Numbered from the stretch's first letter, positions 48,300-58,238 are shown. The stretch: DNA of 64,000 nucleotides from Pseudomonadota bacterium (GCA_039033255.1 JBCCCZ010000001.1:12457-76456); one strand, 5' to 3'. Numbers and translations: made by a program. The notes: generated from the letters alone by a model not told the origin.

Positions 48300-50374
48300 A
48301 TCGTTTGCCCTTCTTGTGCCGTGTGTGTCTCTAACAACGCTTGCAAGTCTCTGATCTGTCCGAACAGCTCGGACTCACCACTCTGTCTGGCGGCTTGGAC
48401 CACATCTTGCCCGCCATCCGCGGCCGCGACGATCTCAGAGAGAATGTCACGCTGATTTTCGAAAAACTCTTCCAACGCTTTGATGATTTGGCTGCACACA
48501 AGGTCCGTTTGCGTGACTTTGATTTGCGTCATGAAGTCTTCTGTTTCGCCATGGATCAATTGCTGAAACTGTTTCGCGAAGGCCTCATATCCTCGCAGCC
48601 TTTTCCACCAGGACATCCACCAACCATCATTGAAATCCAAGGCGATGGTTTGCCCAAGGCTTACGGGCGCGGGCAGAGGGGGCAGCGGCAAGGATGGCAT
48701 TTGCAAACAATCGATCTGATTTCCAAAAAGACCGACATACAGTTCTGCCAGATCGCGCAGCGCGTTTTCATAACCCGCAAGGGCAAGTCTTTTCGAGCGC
48801 TGACCAAATGCCCTGTAACTTGATCGCATCAACACTCGCAGACCTGCGGGATCATATCGCCACCCCTCTCGCGGGCCGTAACTCTCAAGATGCGAAATCA
48901 AGGACTGGCTGGCCCGTTCGACAAACTGTGCATGGGACCGGTCGGCACGGTCCTGATAGTCCGTAACGGCAGTGTCCAGACTTTCGCGCAAGGTTGACAG
49001 ATGCTGTTTGGACAGGGCATCGAATGCCGCTTGCGCATCGGATCTGGGGATCGTTGCCTCGCCCACACCTTCCAAGCGGATCCGGCCTGCGGCCTGCGCG
49101 CCGGAGGCTGCACTGATCCCAGCATTTGATACCTTCTCCAAAAGGGGCCGTCCCATATCCACAACAATCCGACCCGAGAGCGCGCGTAACAGCGCTGGCA
49201 GGCCTGACAATTGCCAAACCGTTCTGTCGGGCCCCGCGTCACTGTTGGTTGCTTCAAGGGCAAATTCCGCCCAATTGTACAAAGAATTCGCACTGGCCTT
49301 AGACAGTTTGTTCACATCCCCAGACAACGCGACGCTGGCCCAATAGGCACTGCCGAACACGATTTCGATGTCGTCGGACACATCGTTTTTCTTCAACGTG
49401 TCGCGAATGATGCGCTCAATCTCTGGCACTTGCTGACCGGGTTTGGCAAGCTCATCAATTCGGTTGACGAAGATCAAAACGTTGCGGGATTTCAGGTTTG
49501 TGATGAGCCGGATAAGCCCCATGTCCACCGAGGTGAGCGCCTGACTGGCCGACAGAACCACAAGACACATGCGGCTTTCACGGATCGCCTGCACCGTGAT
49601 CTGTTCGCGCATCATAAAGGTATCATTCACGCCAGGCGTATCTCGCAGGCACAGGTTGCATGGAAAAACCGCGCTCTTCAGGTAAAGATCAGCAGATCGA
49701 AGGATATCGGCAAACCGACCCTGATCGGCTGTTTCGGGATCACCATCACCTTCGCCGAAATCGTCCCCAAGGCAGATGTATTTTTCCAGCAGGTTCTTGT
49801 CGAAATAGCCATATTCATGTTCTTCGCCGATCAGAAGCTCAAACTTTTTGCCAAGGCGCTTGCGGGCCTTTTCGCGCACGGTTTCGATTTGCTCTGCAAT
49901 CTTTAGAAACTCACTTTCGGCACCCGCCCGGCTCGCCAATTCACCGATCCGTCCGCCTTTATTCAGAAGACGCGCCCATTCCGTTTCCGTCATGAACCGA
50001 AAAGACGCGCGGTTTTCCGAGCGTTCCGTGTCGGTCGTTAAATGCAGCGAAGTGACAACCGATGTCCAAGGGTTCACATCCGATGGAAGAAGGTCGTGCC
50101 AACCGGCCAGCGCATTCACCAATGCGGTTTTGCCTGCCTTTACCTGACCCAATACCGTGATTGTGGGCTCGAATTCTGCGATTTCTTTTCGCAATCTGCC
50201 AATCGTCTTGCCCGGCTTTTCCTGCAGGAGAGACGCCAGCTTGGCCAGGGCAGCATCGACAGAATGCATCTCGTCGATGCAGGATTTCAATTCCTCAAGG
50301 CCCGATCCAAAGTCGCATGGTCGGGGGGCCTGTCGAAGGCCTGTGGTGAAAGAAGATTGAGCTTCGGCGTTCAT
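48296..50374 (-). CDS. dynamin-like GTPase (full length with helical stalk)
   Basis: G1 GQVKAGKT, G2 LLPSDVNPWT, G3 DTPG, G4 NRID; long helical C-terminus with a WWMSWW motif. Confidence 0.9.
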   Translation of the reverse strand: MNAEAQSSFTTGLRQAPRPCDFGSGLEELKSCIDEMHSVDAALAKLASLLQEKPGKTIGRLRKEIAEFEPTITVLGQVKAGKTALVNALAGWHDLLPSDVNPWTSVVTSLHLTTDTERSENRASFRFMTETEWARLLNKGGRIGELASRAGAESEFLKIAEQIETVREKARKRLGKKFELLIGEEHEYGYFDKNLLEKYICLGDDFGEGDGDPETADQGRFADILRSADLYLKSAVFPCNLCLRDTPGVNDTFMMREQITVQAIRESRMCLVVLSASQALTSVDMGLIRLITNLKSRNVLIFVNRIDELAKPGQQVPEIERIIRDTLKKNDVSDDIEIVFGSAYWASVALSGDVNKLSKASANSLYNWAEFALEATNSDAGPDRTVWQLSGLPALLRALSGRIVVDMGRPLLEKVSNAGISAASGAQAAGRIRLEGVGEATIPRSDAQAAFDALSKQHLSTLRESLDTAVTDYQDRADRSHAQFVERASQSLISHLESYGPREGWRYDPAGLRVLMRSSYRAFGQRSKRLALAGYENALRDLAELYVGLFGNQIDCLQMPSLPLPPLPAPVSLGQTIALDFNDGWWMSWWKRLRGYEAFAKQFQQLIHGETEDFMTQIKVTQTDLVCSQIIKALEEFFENQRDILSEIVAAADGGQDVVQAARQSGESELFGQIRDLQALLETHTAQEGQTI

Positions 50375-50423
50375 ATCAATCCAGACTGCTTAACGTTACG
50401 AGCACGGGAGAGCTTCCCTTGCG

Positions 50424-51668
50424 CTATGCGGCCGCCGTTGCAGCCACCTCCTTTTTCAATTGCACCATGAGTGAGAGAGCATCGACTGCGGCATCCTCAT
50501 TGTCTTCAAGCTGCAGCAAGATGAGCATGTTTTCGCCTTGCCGCGTGTCCTGCAAAAGTGCGTCGATGAGTGTGTCTTGGCAGGCCACATCCGCCAATGT
50601 CTCTGACAGGTTCTGAACGGTCTCGATGCATCTGGAGAACAGGGGCGAGAGGTCCTCGGTGTCATGACCCACATCCGTCGCAAGATACTTTGCGCAGCTT
50701 TCCAGCTCTTGCATGGCCTTTTTCAGGGCTGACGCACCCAGATGCGTGACACCTGACGATTTGGGCGCGTGGGGGTGCGCTTCATCCTGAGTTAGCGCAG
50801 GGATGTCATGCACTGTGGGTCCCGCCGTTTCGGCCTGGTTAAGCTGTTCGGCGCCCACCATCTCTAGCAGCACTTTCGCGCGATCGAGATCTTCTGCGAG
50901 GCCCAAGGAAACCTGCTGCTCAATGACAGCGCATAGCGCTTCTCCACCACTCAGTGTCCAAAGTTTGGCGTGATCAGGCATGCTTGATAACCGCGCCTTC
51001 AAAGCTTGCAACGTGGCGACCGGGTACAATCCGTAAAACTCCTGTGCCACGAAAGGCTCAAGCGCCCTTACTTTTTGGACCAGTTTACCGGTCATCTGGT
51101 GGCGGTCTGCCATGGTAAGGGCTAGAAAACTGTGATCCTTCACATGCTCGGGTACAGCGCGCCACATTTGCTGTTCTTCGGCAGAAACATCATTGCTGGC
51201 CCAGATCAAAAGCGCGGACGTCTTTGCAACGTCTTCCAACAGGCGTGCAATTTCGGCGTCAGATCCGGCCAGCGTGACCTCGCAGAAGCACTGCGTTAGC
51301 AGTTTGTCTTCCGGAAGCTCTATGGTCACGCGTGACACGGGGCGGTCAAATACGCGGTCCTCGATGATGCCGCATATCTCTTCGAAGGTGCCATCTTGGT
51401 ATTCGACCAAACTGCGCGGCTGCGGGCCGTAGACGACCGTGACGATCTGGACATTGCGCAAGTCAGGAACAATGGACCATCCCAGCAACATATTGATCAA
51501 ACTGGTTTTCCCACTTTGCGGCAGGCCAGCAACCGTCACCTGAACGGCTTGCTGAAGCTTCGCCAAAAGTTCTGCCCCTAAACGCCTGTGCAGCGTTGGA
51601 AACGCCGGCTTGCCCAGAGAGTGCTCCAACCTGCGGCTGACTTGCGTAATGGATTGCGCGGTAATCAA
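50424..51668 (-). CDS. dynamin-like protein with degenerate G-domain
   Basis: G1 GLPQSGKT; no DxxG (FCEVTLAG in its place); G4-like TMAD; TTG start coupled to the PP2C stop. Confidence 0.75.
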   Translation of the reverse strand: MITAQSITQVSRRLEHSLGKPAFPTLHRRLGAELLAKLQQAVQVTVAGLPQSGKTSLINMLLGWSIVPDLRNVQIVTVVYGPQPRSLVEYQDGTFEEICGIIEDRVFDRPVSRVTIELPEDKLLTQCFCEVTLAGSDAEIARLLEDVAKTSALLIWASNDVSAEEQQMWRAVPEHVKDHSFLALTMADRHQMTGKLVQKVRALEPFVAQEFYGLYPVATLQALKARLSSMPDHAKLWTLSGGEALCAVIEQQVSLGLAEDLDRAKVLLEMVGAEQLNQAETAGPTVHDIPALTQDEAHPHAPKSSGVTHLGASALKKAMQELESCAKYLATDVGHDTEDLSPLFSRCIETVQNLSETLADVACQDTLIDALLQDTRQGENMLILLQLEDNEDAAVDALSLMVQLKKEVAATAAA

Positions 51669-52570
51669 GCTGTGACCTTTCTTGAAATCCGATAAACGCT
51701 CGCGCCGTTCTCAACCTTGGCGCTGAAAACGGTCATCGACGACTGTTTTGCCGTCTTAGGCTCTTGCGGCTTGGACGCTTTGCGCCGCGACCGTTTGATC
51801 ACACACAGACAGACATTGTCCTGCTCGGGGTCATCAGAAGTATGGATGGCGTCCAGAAGCGCCGCGCTGATCTCTGCGCTGTGTTTGTCCTGGCTTTTTC
51901 CGATGATCGTGGCGATCTGATCTTCTTCCAGAAACTCCAAACCGTCACTGGCGGCGACGACAATATCATTGTCTTGCAGCCGAAAAGGCGTTTGCGCGCA
52001 GTCAACCTTTGGAATGTCACGCCCCATAAGGACCGAAGTGAGGCATTCCCGGTCCGGGTGATTGGCAGCCTCCAAGGCCGAAATCTGCCCCTTCTCTAGC
52101 AACGCATCAATCTCGGCCTTCAGGGAATGAACCTCGTTCAAACGCGTCAGTGTACCCTCTCGGAACAAAAAGAGCGGTGAGTCTCCGACCGACACCCAAT
52201 ACAAACGATCATGAAACAGAACCGGCGCAAGCAGCGTCGCGCCCATAATCTGCGGCTCCTGCTGCTGTGCGGTCACATGTTCCAAACACAGGTTCGCGTC
52301 ACTGACCGCATCACAGAGCGTTTGCTTGATCTTGGTCTCAAATGCCTGCGGTGACAGCGTCTGCAATTTCAAGGCGCTGAAGATTTCGGTGACGACGATA
52401 CCACTGGCAAGGTCGCCTGCGTTATGCCCGCCCATCCCGTCAGAAAGAACCGCAAAGCCGTGATCCATGCCCACAGGAAAGTCGATTGCGATAGTATCTT
52501 CCTGCCGCTCCCGTCGCCCTTGAGAGAGGCCGGACGCGACATCGTAGTAAAACTCAGTGGGCTGCGTCAT
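51665..52570 (-). CDS. PP2C-family Ser/Thr protein phosphatase
   Basis: RERQED, SDGMGGH, VGDSPL, ASDGL, QDN. Confidence 0.93.
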   Translation of the reverse strand: MTQPTEFYYDVASGLSQGRRERQEDTIAIDFPVGMDHGFAVLSDGMGGHNAGDLASGIVVTEIFSALKLQTLSPQAFETKIKQTLCDAVSDANLCLEHVTAQQQEPQIMGATLLAPVLFHDRLYWVSVGDSPLFLFREGTLTRLNEVHSLKAEIDALLEKGQISALEAANHPDRECLTSVLMGRDIPKVDCAQTPFRLQDNDIVVAASDGLEFLEEDQIATIIGKSQDKHSAEISAALLDAIHTSDDPEQDNVCLCVIKRSRRKASKPQEPKTAKQSSMTVFSAKVENGASVYRISRKVTA

Positions 52571-53570
52571 GGGTGACACCGTTCGTTTGATAAGTGGACC
52601 AGGAAAACTGTTCTCCGCAGAGCGCGATAAATCTCAAGGTGGTTTCACCAATTCGGATCTCATCACCTGAATGAACCTGTTCTGTGCTCAAAACCGGACG
52701 GTTGTTCAGACGCACCAGGTTGGTCTTGCCTCCGTGGCCCAGGTAAAAGCTGCTTTGCTCCGCGTCATAGGCAACCGCGGCGTGGTTTTCGCGCGAAATG
52801 CTGTTGTCACCAAAGGCAAGAGGGACCGTTTGATCAGGGCCGCGCCCAATGGAAGACACGCCGCTGAACAGCGTGAATGCAGATCCCGTACCCGGCCCGT
52901 TCACAACCACAAGCCACCCCACCGGGTGTGTGGTCGGCGTGGAAGCCGCTTGCGTTTCGGTGCTGTTAAACACGTTTGTCTGAGTGTGGTGAGGTTGACC
53001 AAAGCCAAGGACACGGGTTTTGACGCGTCCAGACCGGCACAGCATGCGTCCTGCAGCAGGTTGCGGGACTTCGACAGGTTGATCTGGTGCCTCAACTTCC
53101 TCAACAGCGGGCGGCTGCATCCGGGCCTCCCTGTAAGGCTCTTCCGGGACAGTCGAACCCGCTGGTGCCACATAGCGCGTTTGGTCTATTTCAGCCTCAT
53201 GTCGCTCCGGCGCAACGACCTCATCTTGCATGTGGTCTGCGGGATTTGGCACCTCACCAATCGACTCATGTGGCTGATCAAAAACAGACGTCTCCTCTTG
53301 CAACTCCGGGTGGCCTACGTCGGACCGGGGTGTTGGCGCGTCACCAGTTTCAGTTTTGAAAATGTTGCGGAGTGCCTGATCATCGGTTGGGGCCGACGTC
53401 GGCACGGCGGTTGGCATAGGCTCTGCTGCGTCATGAGATAGTGGATTGACGGCCGCAATCGTCCTGCCTTGATTGGCGATTTCGGCCTCACCGCAAGCGT
53501 CAAAATCCTCCGGTGCTTTTGTCAGGGTCGCATTTTTCTTTTCATCGATGATGTCGCGTATGAACCGCAT
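52554..53570 (-). CDS. FHA domain protein (C-terminal FHA, long acidic/Pro-rich N-terminus)
   Basis: VGWLVVVNGPG..SIGRG..ISRENHA..TNLVRLN..GDEIRIGETTLRF; GAAGGA SD. Confidence 0.92.
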   Translation of the reverse strand: MRFIRDIIDEKKNATLTKAPEDFDACGEAEIANQGRTIAAVNPLSHDAAEPMPTAVPTSAPTDDQALRNIFKTETGDAPTPRSDVGHPELQEETSVFDQPHESIGEVPNPADHMQDEVVAPERHEAEIDQTRYVAPAGSTVPEEPYREARMQPPAVEEVEAPDQPVEVPQPAAGRMLCRSGRVKTRVLGFGQPHHTQTNVFNSTETQAASTPTTHPVGWLVVVNGPGTGSAFTLFSGVSSIGRGPDQTVPLAFGDNSISRENHAAVAYDAEQSSFYLGHGGKTNLVRLNNRPVLSTEQVHSGDEIRIGETTLRFIALCGEQFSWSTYQTNGVTHDAAH

Positions 53571-53581
53571 GTCTCTTTCCT

Positions 53582-54895
53582 TCAATTCTGGGATGCTGCT
53601 AGGGGCACGTCACTTTTCTTTGCGAGCAGGCCCGTTATCGTGCGGCCCAGCATCGACTGATTTTCGAGAGGGCGCCCAATCTCTTGAGGTTGACTGGTGT
53701 TGTGCGACACTGAAACCTCGGGGATGGCCTCTTCCTTCTCGGGCGCTTCTTGTTCCCGCAAGAACGCTTCCACGTCATGCACAGGGTTGCCAAAAATATC
53801 GACAAGCTGCTTTGGCTCCGGCCGCTTGGCATCCGCCGCCTGATCCTTTTCACGATCCGACAAGCGCTTTTTCTCCGCGAGACTGCGCGCCAGTGCCGAG
53901 TTGGTCGTGTTGACCAAACGGGCAATTTCGTCGACGATTGCACGGTCAGGCAAGACATGTGGTGTTCGTACTTTCGGTGCAAAAGCTTGCTCTGAACCTC
54001 CGTCAAGACATCCTAGCCAGGCCCCAGCAGAACGGGGCCGGTTTTCGCGATTGAGGCTCAGCGCGTCATTGAGCGTTTGCAGCACGACAGGATCGATATC
54101 CCAGTCGTGCGCTGTCAGAGGCACAAACGGATCAGGCTGGTGCGCCTTGATCGCGGCCATTCGGATCGGGCTATCGGGCGGGGAATACCCAGTGATCAAA
54201 TAGTGAAACGTGGCTGCAAGCTGATAGAGATCGCTTGACGCGTCTTGCGTTCCTTCACTGTAGAACTCGTAGGGCGAATAGCCGTCCTTCACCACCACCA
54301 CTTTGGCAGTGTCATTTGCAGTGTCTGGGTTCAATCCCGACGACGCGCCAAAATCGATCAAGGACACATGACCATCCGTCCCCATGATGATGTTGTCTGG
54401 CGCCAAGTCCCGATGCAGCACACCCTGGTCATGGATGTATTCCACGGCCTCAAGTGCCTCGACCAGAAGCTTGGGCATGGTATCTGCAGACAGTCGAGGG
54501 TCATCGTCCTCCACAACGGAGAAGAGATCCGCGCCCTGGATATGTTCCATCGCCAAATAGGATGTCCCATGCTCTTCAAAAACCTGATGCACTTTGACAA
54601 TGCGCGGGTGATCCAGTGCTGCCAGGCGGAACGCCTCCTGACTGAACTGCTTTAGGATCTGGGCAAATCTTGGCGCGCAGGCCGCGGACGCCGGCACGGC
54701 CTGTAATCCGGCTCGACAGCAAAATGAATGGGGGTAGCACTCCTTGATGACAACTTTTCGGTCCAAACTGTCGCGAGCCAAATAGGTGATGCCAAAGCCA
54801 CCTTTCGCGAGTGCGCCCTCGACCACGTATTGCCCACGCAGCAATCGCGTTCCTGGCGCCAGTTCTTCTGTGTCCTGTTCAACGTGTGAAATCAT
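53582..54895 (-). CDS. Hanks-type Ser/Thr protein kinase (cytoplasmic)
   Basis: LAKGGFGITY, VVIKE, HRDLAPDNI, IDFG, GYSPYE, SDLYQL; start taken at MISHVEQ; no TM segment. Confidence 0.93.
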   Translation of the reverse strand: MISHVEQDTEELAPGTRLLRGQYVVEGALAKGGFGITYLARDSLDRKVVIKECYPHSFCCRAGLQAVPASAACAPRFAQILKQFSQEAFRLAALDHPRIVKVHQVFEEHGTSYLAMEHIQGADLFSVVEDDDPRLSADTMPKLLVEALEAVEYIHDQGVLHRDLAPDNIIMGTDGHVSLIDFGASSGLNPDTANDTAKVVVVKDGYSPYEFYSEGTQDASSDLYQLAATFHYLITGYSPPDSPIRMAAIKAHQPDPFVPLTAHDWDIDPVVLQTLNDALSLNRENRPRSAGAWLGCLDGGSEQAFAPKVRTPHVLPDRAIVDEIARLVNTTNSALARSLAEKKRLSDREKDQAADAKRPEPKQLVDIFGNPVHDVEAFLREQEAPEKEEAIPEVSVSHNTSQPQEIGRPLENQSMLGRTITGLLAKKSDVPLAASQN

Positions 54896-55154
54896 GGATC
54901 GCTGAGGTTCAAAGTTAGAGGTACGGGTGCAGTCGTTTTTCGGCTTCGCGCTAAATTTTGGGAGAAAATGTGTTCGGTCTTTGTCAAAAACCGGATCGCA
55001 AGATGACGCTTTGCGAGAACTTGAGAGAGGACAGGTGTCACACACGTCTTGGAAGATGACTTGAAGCAAACTGCAGAGTGAGTAGCGATCCCAAATTCGA
55101 TGCAGCAACCCAGCAGGCAATCAGAGCCAAGCCCACGCTTGGGGCCGAAAGCAG

Positions 55155-56213
55155 CTACATCGCGATCTGGTCTTTGTTCCGGCCCTCAATGCTGTAGGGC
55201 AAACCGGCAAGCACTTTTGACAATATTTCCGGTTTTACATGACCGATTATGCGGCCCTGGTGATCCACAACATTCACTGGGCAATTTGCGGCGATTATGA
55301 TCTTTGCGACCGCCTCGACAGTGTCTTTGGGATCAACAACGGCGTGAGCCTCGCCGCCACCTGGCCCGGTATCCATAATATGTTCTACCCGGATCACCTT
55401 TGCCTTCGGAACATCACGGACAAATCGTGCCACGTATTCTGTGGCAGGCTTTAGGACCAATTCATCAGGACTGCCAGTCTGGACGATTTCGCCGTTTTCC
55501 ATAATTGCAATCCGATCTGCGATTTTGATCGCCTCATCAAGGTCATGAGTGATGAAGATGATCGTTTTGTGAAGCTTTTTTTGAAGGCGCAAAAGTTCAT
55601 CCTGCAGGTCAGCGCGAATGAGAGGATCCAATGCGGAAAATGGCTCATCCAGGAACCAGACCGCCGGATCTGAAGCCAGCGACCGCGCAATGCCGACGCG
55701 CTGCTGCTGACCGCCGGACAGCTCGTTGGGGAAATGATCCTCACGACCTGCAAGTCCCACCAAATCAATCATATCCCTGGCACGCAATTCTCGCTCTGTG
55801 CGGCCGGTCCCGTGAATTTGCAGCGGGAAGGCCACATTGCCAAGGACCGTTCTGTTCGGCAGCAGGGCGAAGTGTTGGAATACCATGCTCATCAACCGAC
55901 GGCGCAGCGCAATCAGATCCTTTTCATTGGCACCTAGCAAATCTTGACCATCAATCGTCACACTGCCGAGGCTTGGTTCAATTAACCGCGACAAGCAGCG
56001 CACCAGCGTAGATTTTCCGGAGCCTGACAGGCCCATGATCACAAACACTTCACCGCGCGCGATATCAAAACTTGCGTTGCGGACCGCAGCAATCCAGCCT
56101 TTTGCCGCAAGCGCCTCCGGGCTATCGCGTTCGGCATCTGTCAGCGCCAAAAACTCTGACTTCGAGGCCCCAAACACTTTCCATAAGTTGTGACATGACA
56201 ACATCGTCGTCAT
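55155..56213 (-). CDS. ProV/OpuAA-like quaternary-amine ABC ATPase
   Basis: GLSGSGKS, LSGGQQQRVG, DEPFSALDPLIR, C-terminal CBS-like region. Confidence 0.92.
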   Translation of the reverse strand: MTTMLSCHNLWKVFGASKSEFLALTDAERDSPEALAAKGWIAAVRNASFDIARGEVFVIMGLSGSGKSTLVRCLSRLIEPSLGSVTIDGQDLLGANEKDLIALRRRLMSMVFQHFALLPNRTVLGNVAFPLQIHGTGRTERELRARDMIDLVGLAGREDHFPNELSGGQQQRVGIARSLASDPAVWFLDEPFSALDPLIRADLQDELLRLQKKLHKTIIFITHDLDEAIKIADRIAIMENGEIVQTGSPDELVLKPATEYVARFVRDVPKAKVIRVEHIMDTGPGGGEAHAVVDPKDTVEAVAKIIIAANCPVNVVDHQGRIIGHVKPEILSKVLAGLPYSIEGRNKDQIAM

Positions 56214-58177
56214 GGTTCCACCGCTGCGCGTTTGGCCGCGGCCTTCAACATCGCATCCGCGACCAAAGCCAGAGCTGCCACGCATAGGCCCGCCACAATT
56301 CCCTGTCCGACAATGGACTGGTTGAGCGCGATTAGCACCTGTTGGCCCAGATCCTTGGTTCCAACCAACGCCGCAATCACAAGCATCGAGAACGCCATCA
56401 TGATCGTTTGATTAATGCCCAAGAGCAGCGTCGGAACCGCCGCAGGAAGACGAATGAAGAGCAGCGTTTGCCACCGCGTGCATCCGGTGATCGCCGCAGC
56501 CTCCAACCGTGCGGGCGGAACCTGAGAAATCCCAATCATTCCGTAGCGGATCGCCGGTGCGATGGCATATAGGAAGATGGCAATAATCGCAGAGACATCC
56601 CCGATCCGGAAGAGCATCACAGCGGGCAGCAGGTAGACGAGCGTCGGCAAAGTCTGCAGTGTATCAAGCATCAGGTTGGCCGGATTGCGCAGGGACGGGC
56701 GACCCGCCAGCCAAAACCCCAGCGGAAAGCCAAAAACAATCGCCAAAAACACAGCTATCGTCATCAGGTAAATCGAGTTCATCGCGGGGGCCCAAAAGCC
56801 TGTGACGACGATGAACATCATCAAGGCCGCACAGTAAAGCGACACGCGCGCGCCGCCGATGCCATAGGCAAAGATTGCCACGAAGCCCACACCCATTGTC
56901 CACGGCATCATCGCCAGTGCATCGCGGAAAGGCCGCATGATGTTGAGCAGAACAAAGGCCCGGAATGCCTCAAGCGCATCGTAAAGTTCCCGGTTCATCC
57001 AGCTCACCAACTCATTCCAGAAGCTTGCCGTAGAGATCGCCCAGTCTTCGGGCCAAGTCTGTGCAGGCTCGACCACCAGAGCAATGATTGTGGCCAGAAC
57101 CAGCCATCCCATCACAAGAAACCAAAGCGGCTTTTGGCCCGGGCGCCGCCGGCGCCCCTCGGCCGCCCGCCGGGCCCACGCCTGACTGATCCGGTCCAGC
57201 ACCACGGCCAGCGCAACAATGCCCATGCCAGCCTCAAGACCCACGCCGATGTCGAGCTTGCGCAACGCGGTCAGCACCTCAAAGCCAAGTCCACCCGCGC
57301 CGATCATGGACGCAATGATCACCATGTTGAGCGTCATCATGATCGCTTGGTTGAGACCCACAGCGATACCTGCCAGCGATGCCGGCATTTGGACCTGCCA
57401 CAAAAGCTGGCGATCCGTGCAGCCCGACACATGCCCGCATTCCACGAGTTCGTCGGGCACGCCTTTCAATGCAAGCACAGTATTATGCACCATGGGCGGC
57501 AGAGCATAAGCCACTGTCGCAATCAGCGCGGCGGCTGGTCCGTATCCGAACAGCAAGAGTGTCGGGATCAGGTAGGCAAAGATGGGCAGCGTTTGCATCA
57601 CATTCATGATGCCGCGCACCACGGCTTCCACGCGTGCAGATCGGAATGACCATATGCCGATCGCAAGGCCCAATGCGCAGGTGAGCACGATACTGACCAG
57701 AACGCTGGCAAGCGTGATCATCGCCTGAGACCATAGCCCGAAGACCACAAGGAAACCCAAACCAATCGTTGCCGTCAGACACAAAGACCGCCCACCCAAA
57801 CGATAGGCCACAATCGCAACAGCCCCCAAAATTGCAAACCAAGACAAAGGCGGAACCGATTGAGTGCGATTCAAGCCGCGGCCTGAAAAGAGCCCCTCGG
57901 ACAGGGCAATCACTGCACCCTCAATGGGTGCATTCACAACGGCCGCCAAACCGCGCGTCATGTCTTGGACGGCCACACCTGCGATCTGCGCCTCACGCGC
58001 AAACCACGTCAGGCTGTCGCCCACCACATCTGAGACAGGCCACAGAAGCCAGTCAGGCGGCACACGCAGCCAATGAGGTCCGAAAAGCGCGAGCACGACG
58101 ACAAACAAGGCTGCGAGCCCCAGCATCACTCCGATGCCAGGCCTCGCAGAGGGAGACGCACTTGTTGTATCAGCCAT
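56210..58177 (-). CDS. ProW-like ABC permease with two fused TM domains
   Basis: Duplicated QTLP..YL.P and EAA-like/NQ.IMM motifs; 655 aa. Confidence 0.9.
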   Translation of the reverse strand: MADTTSASPSARPGIGVMLGLAALFVVVLALFGPHWLRVPPDWLLWPVSDVVGDSLTWFAREAQIAGVAVQDMTRGLAAVVNAPIEGAVIALSEGLFSGRGLNRTQSVPPLSWFAILGAVAIVAYRLGGRSLCLTATIGLGFLVVFGLWSQAMITLASVLVSIVLTCALGLAIGIWSFRSARVEAVVRGIMNVMQTLPIFAYLIPTLLLFGYGPAAALIATVAYALPPMVHNTVLALKGVPDELVECGHVSGCTDRQLLWQVQMPASLAGIAVGLNQAIMMTLNMVIIASMIGAGGLGFEVLTALRKLDIGVGLEAGMGIVALAVVLDRISQAWARRAAEGRRRRPGQKPLWFLVMGWLVLATIIALVVEPAQTWPEDWAISTASFWNELVSWMNRELYDALEAFRAFVLLNIMRPFRDALAMMPWTMGVGFVAIFAYGIGGARVSLYCAALMMFIVVTGFWAPAMNSIYLMTIAVFLAIVFGFPLGFWLAGRPSLRNPANLMLDTLQTLPTLVYLLPAVMLFRIGDVSAIIAIFLYAIAPAIRYGMIGISQVPPARLEAAAITGCTRWQTLLFIRLPAAVPTLLLGINQTIMMAFSMLVIAALVGTKDLGQQVLIALNQSIVGQGIVAGLCVAALALVADAMLKAAAKRAAVEP

Positions 58178-58199
58178 TTTTATCAGTCTTGCACGAAAC

Positions 58200-58229
58200 T
58201 ACCGGGACAGGGCGCTATCTGCCCCGGTA
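58200..58229. other. intergenic stem-loop between SBP and permease genes
   Basis: TACCGGGACAG-N8-CTGCCCCGGTA inverted repeat. Confidence 0.45.
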
Positions 58230-58238
58230 CAGGGATTT

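Noticed and set aside
46207-54895. Type VI secretion cluster (suggested by the kinase/FHA/PP2C trio)
   Set aside because: No tss, hcp, vgrG or clpV genes in the window; the neighbours are dynamin-like GTPases
54896-55120. 75-aa N-terminal extension of the kinase in the ORF track
   Set aside because: Non-protein-like composition; more likely promoter region, with the true start at 54895
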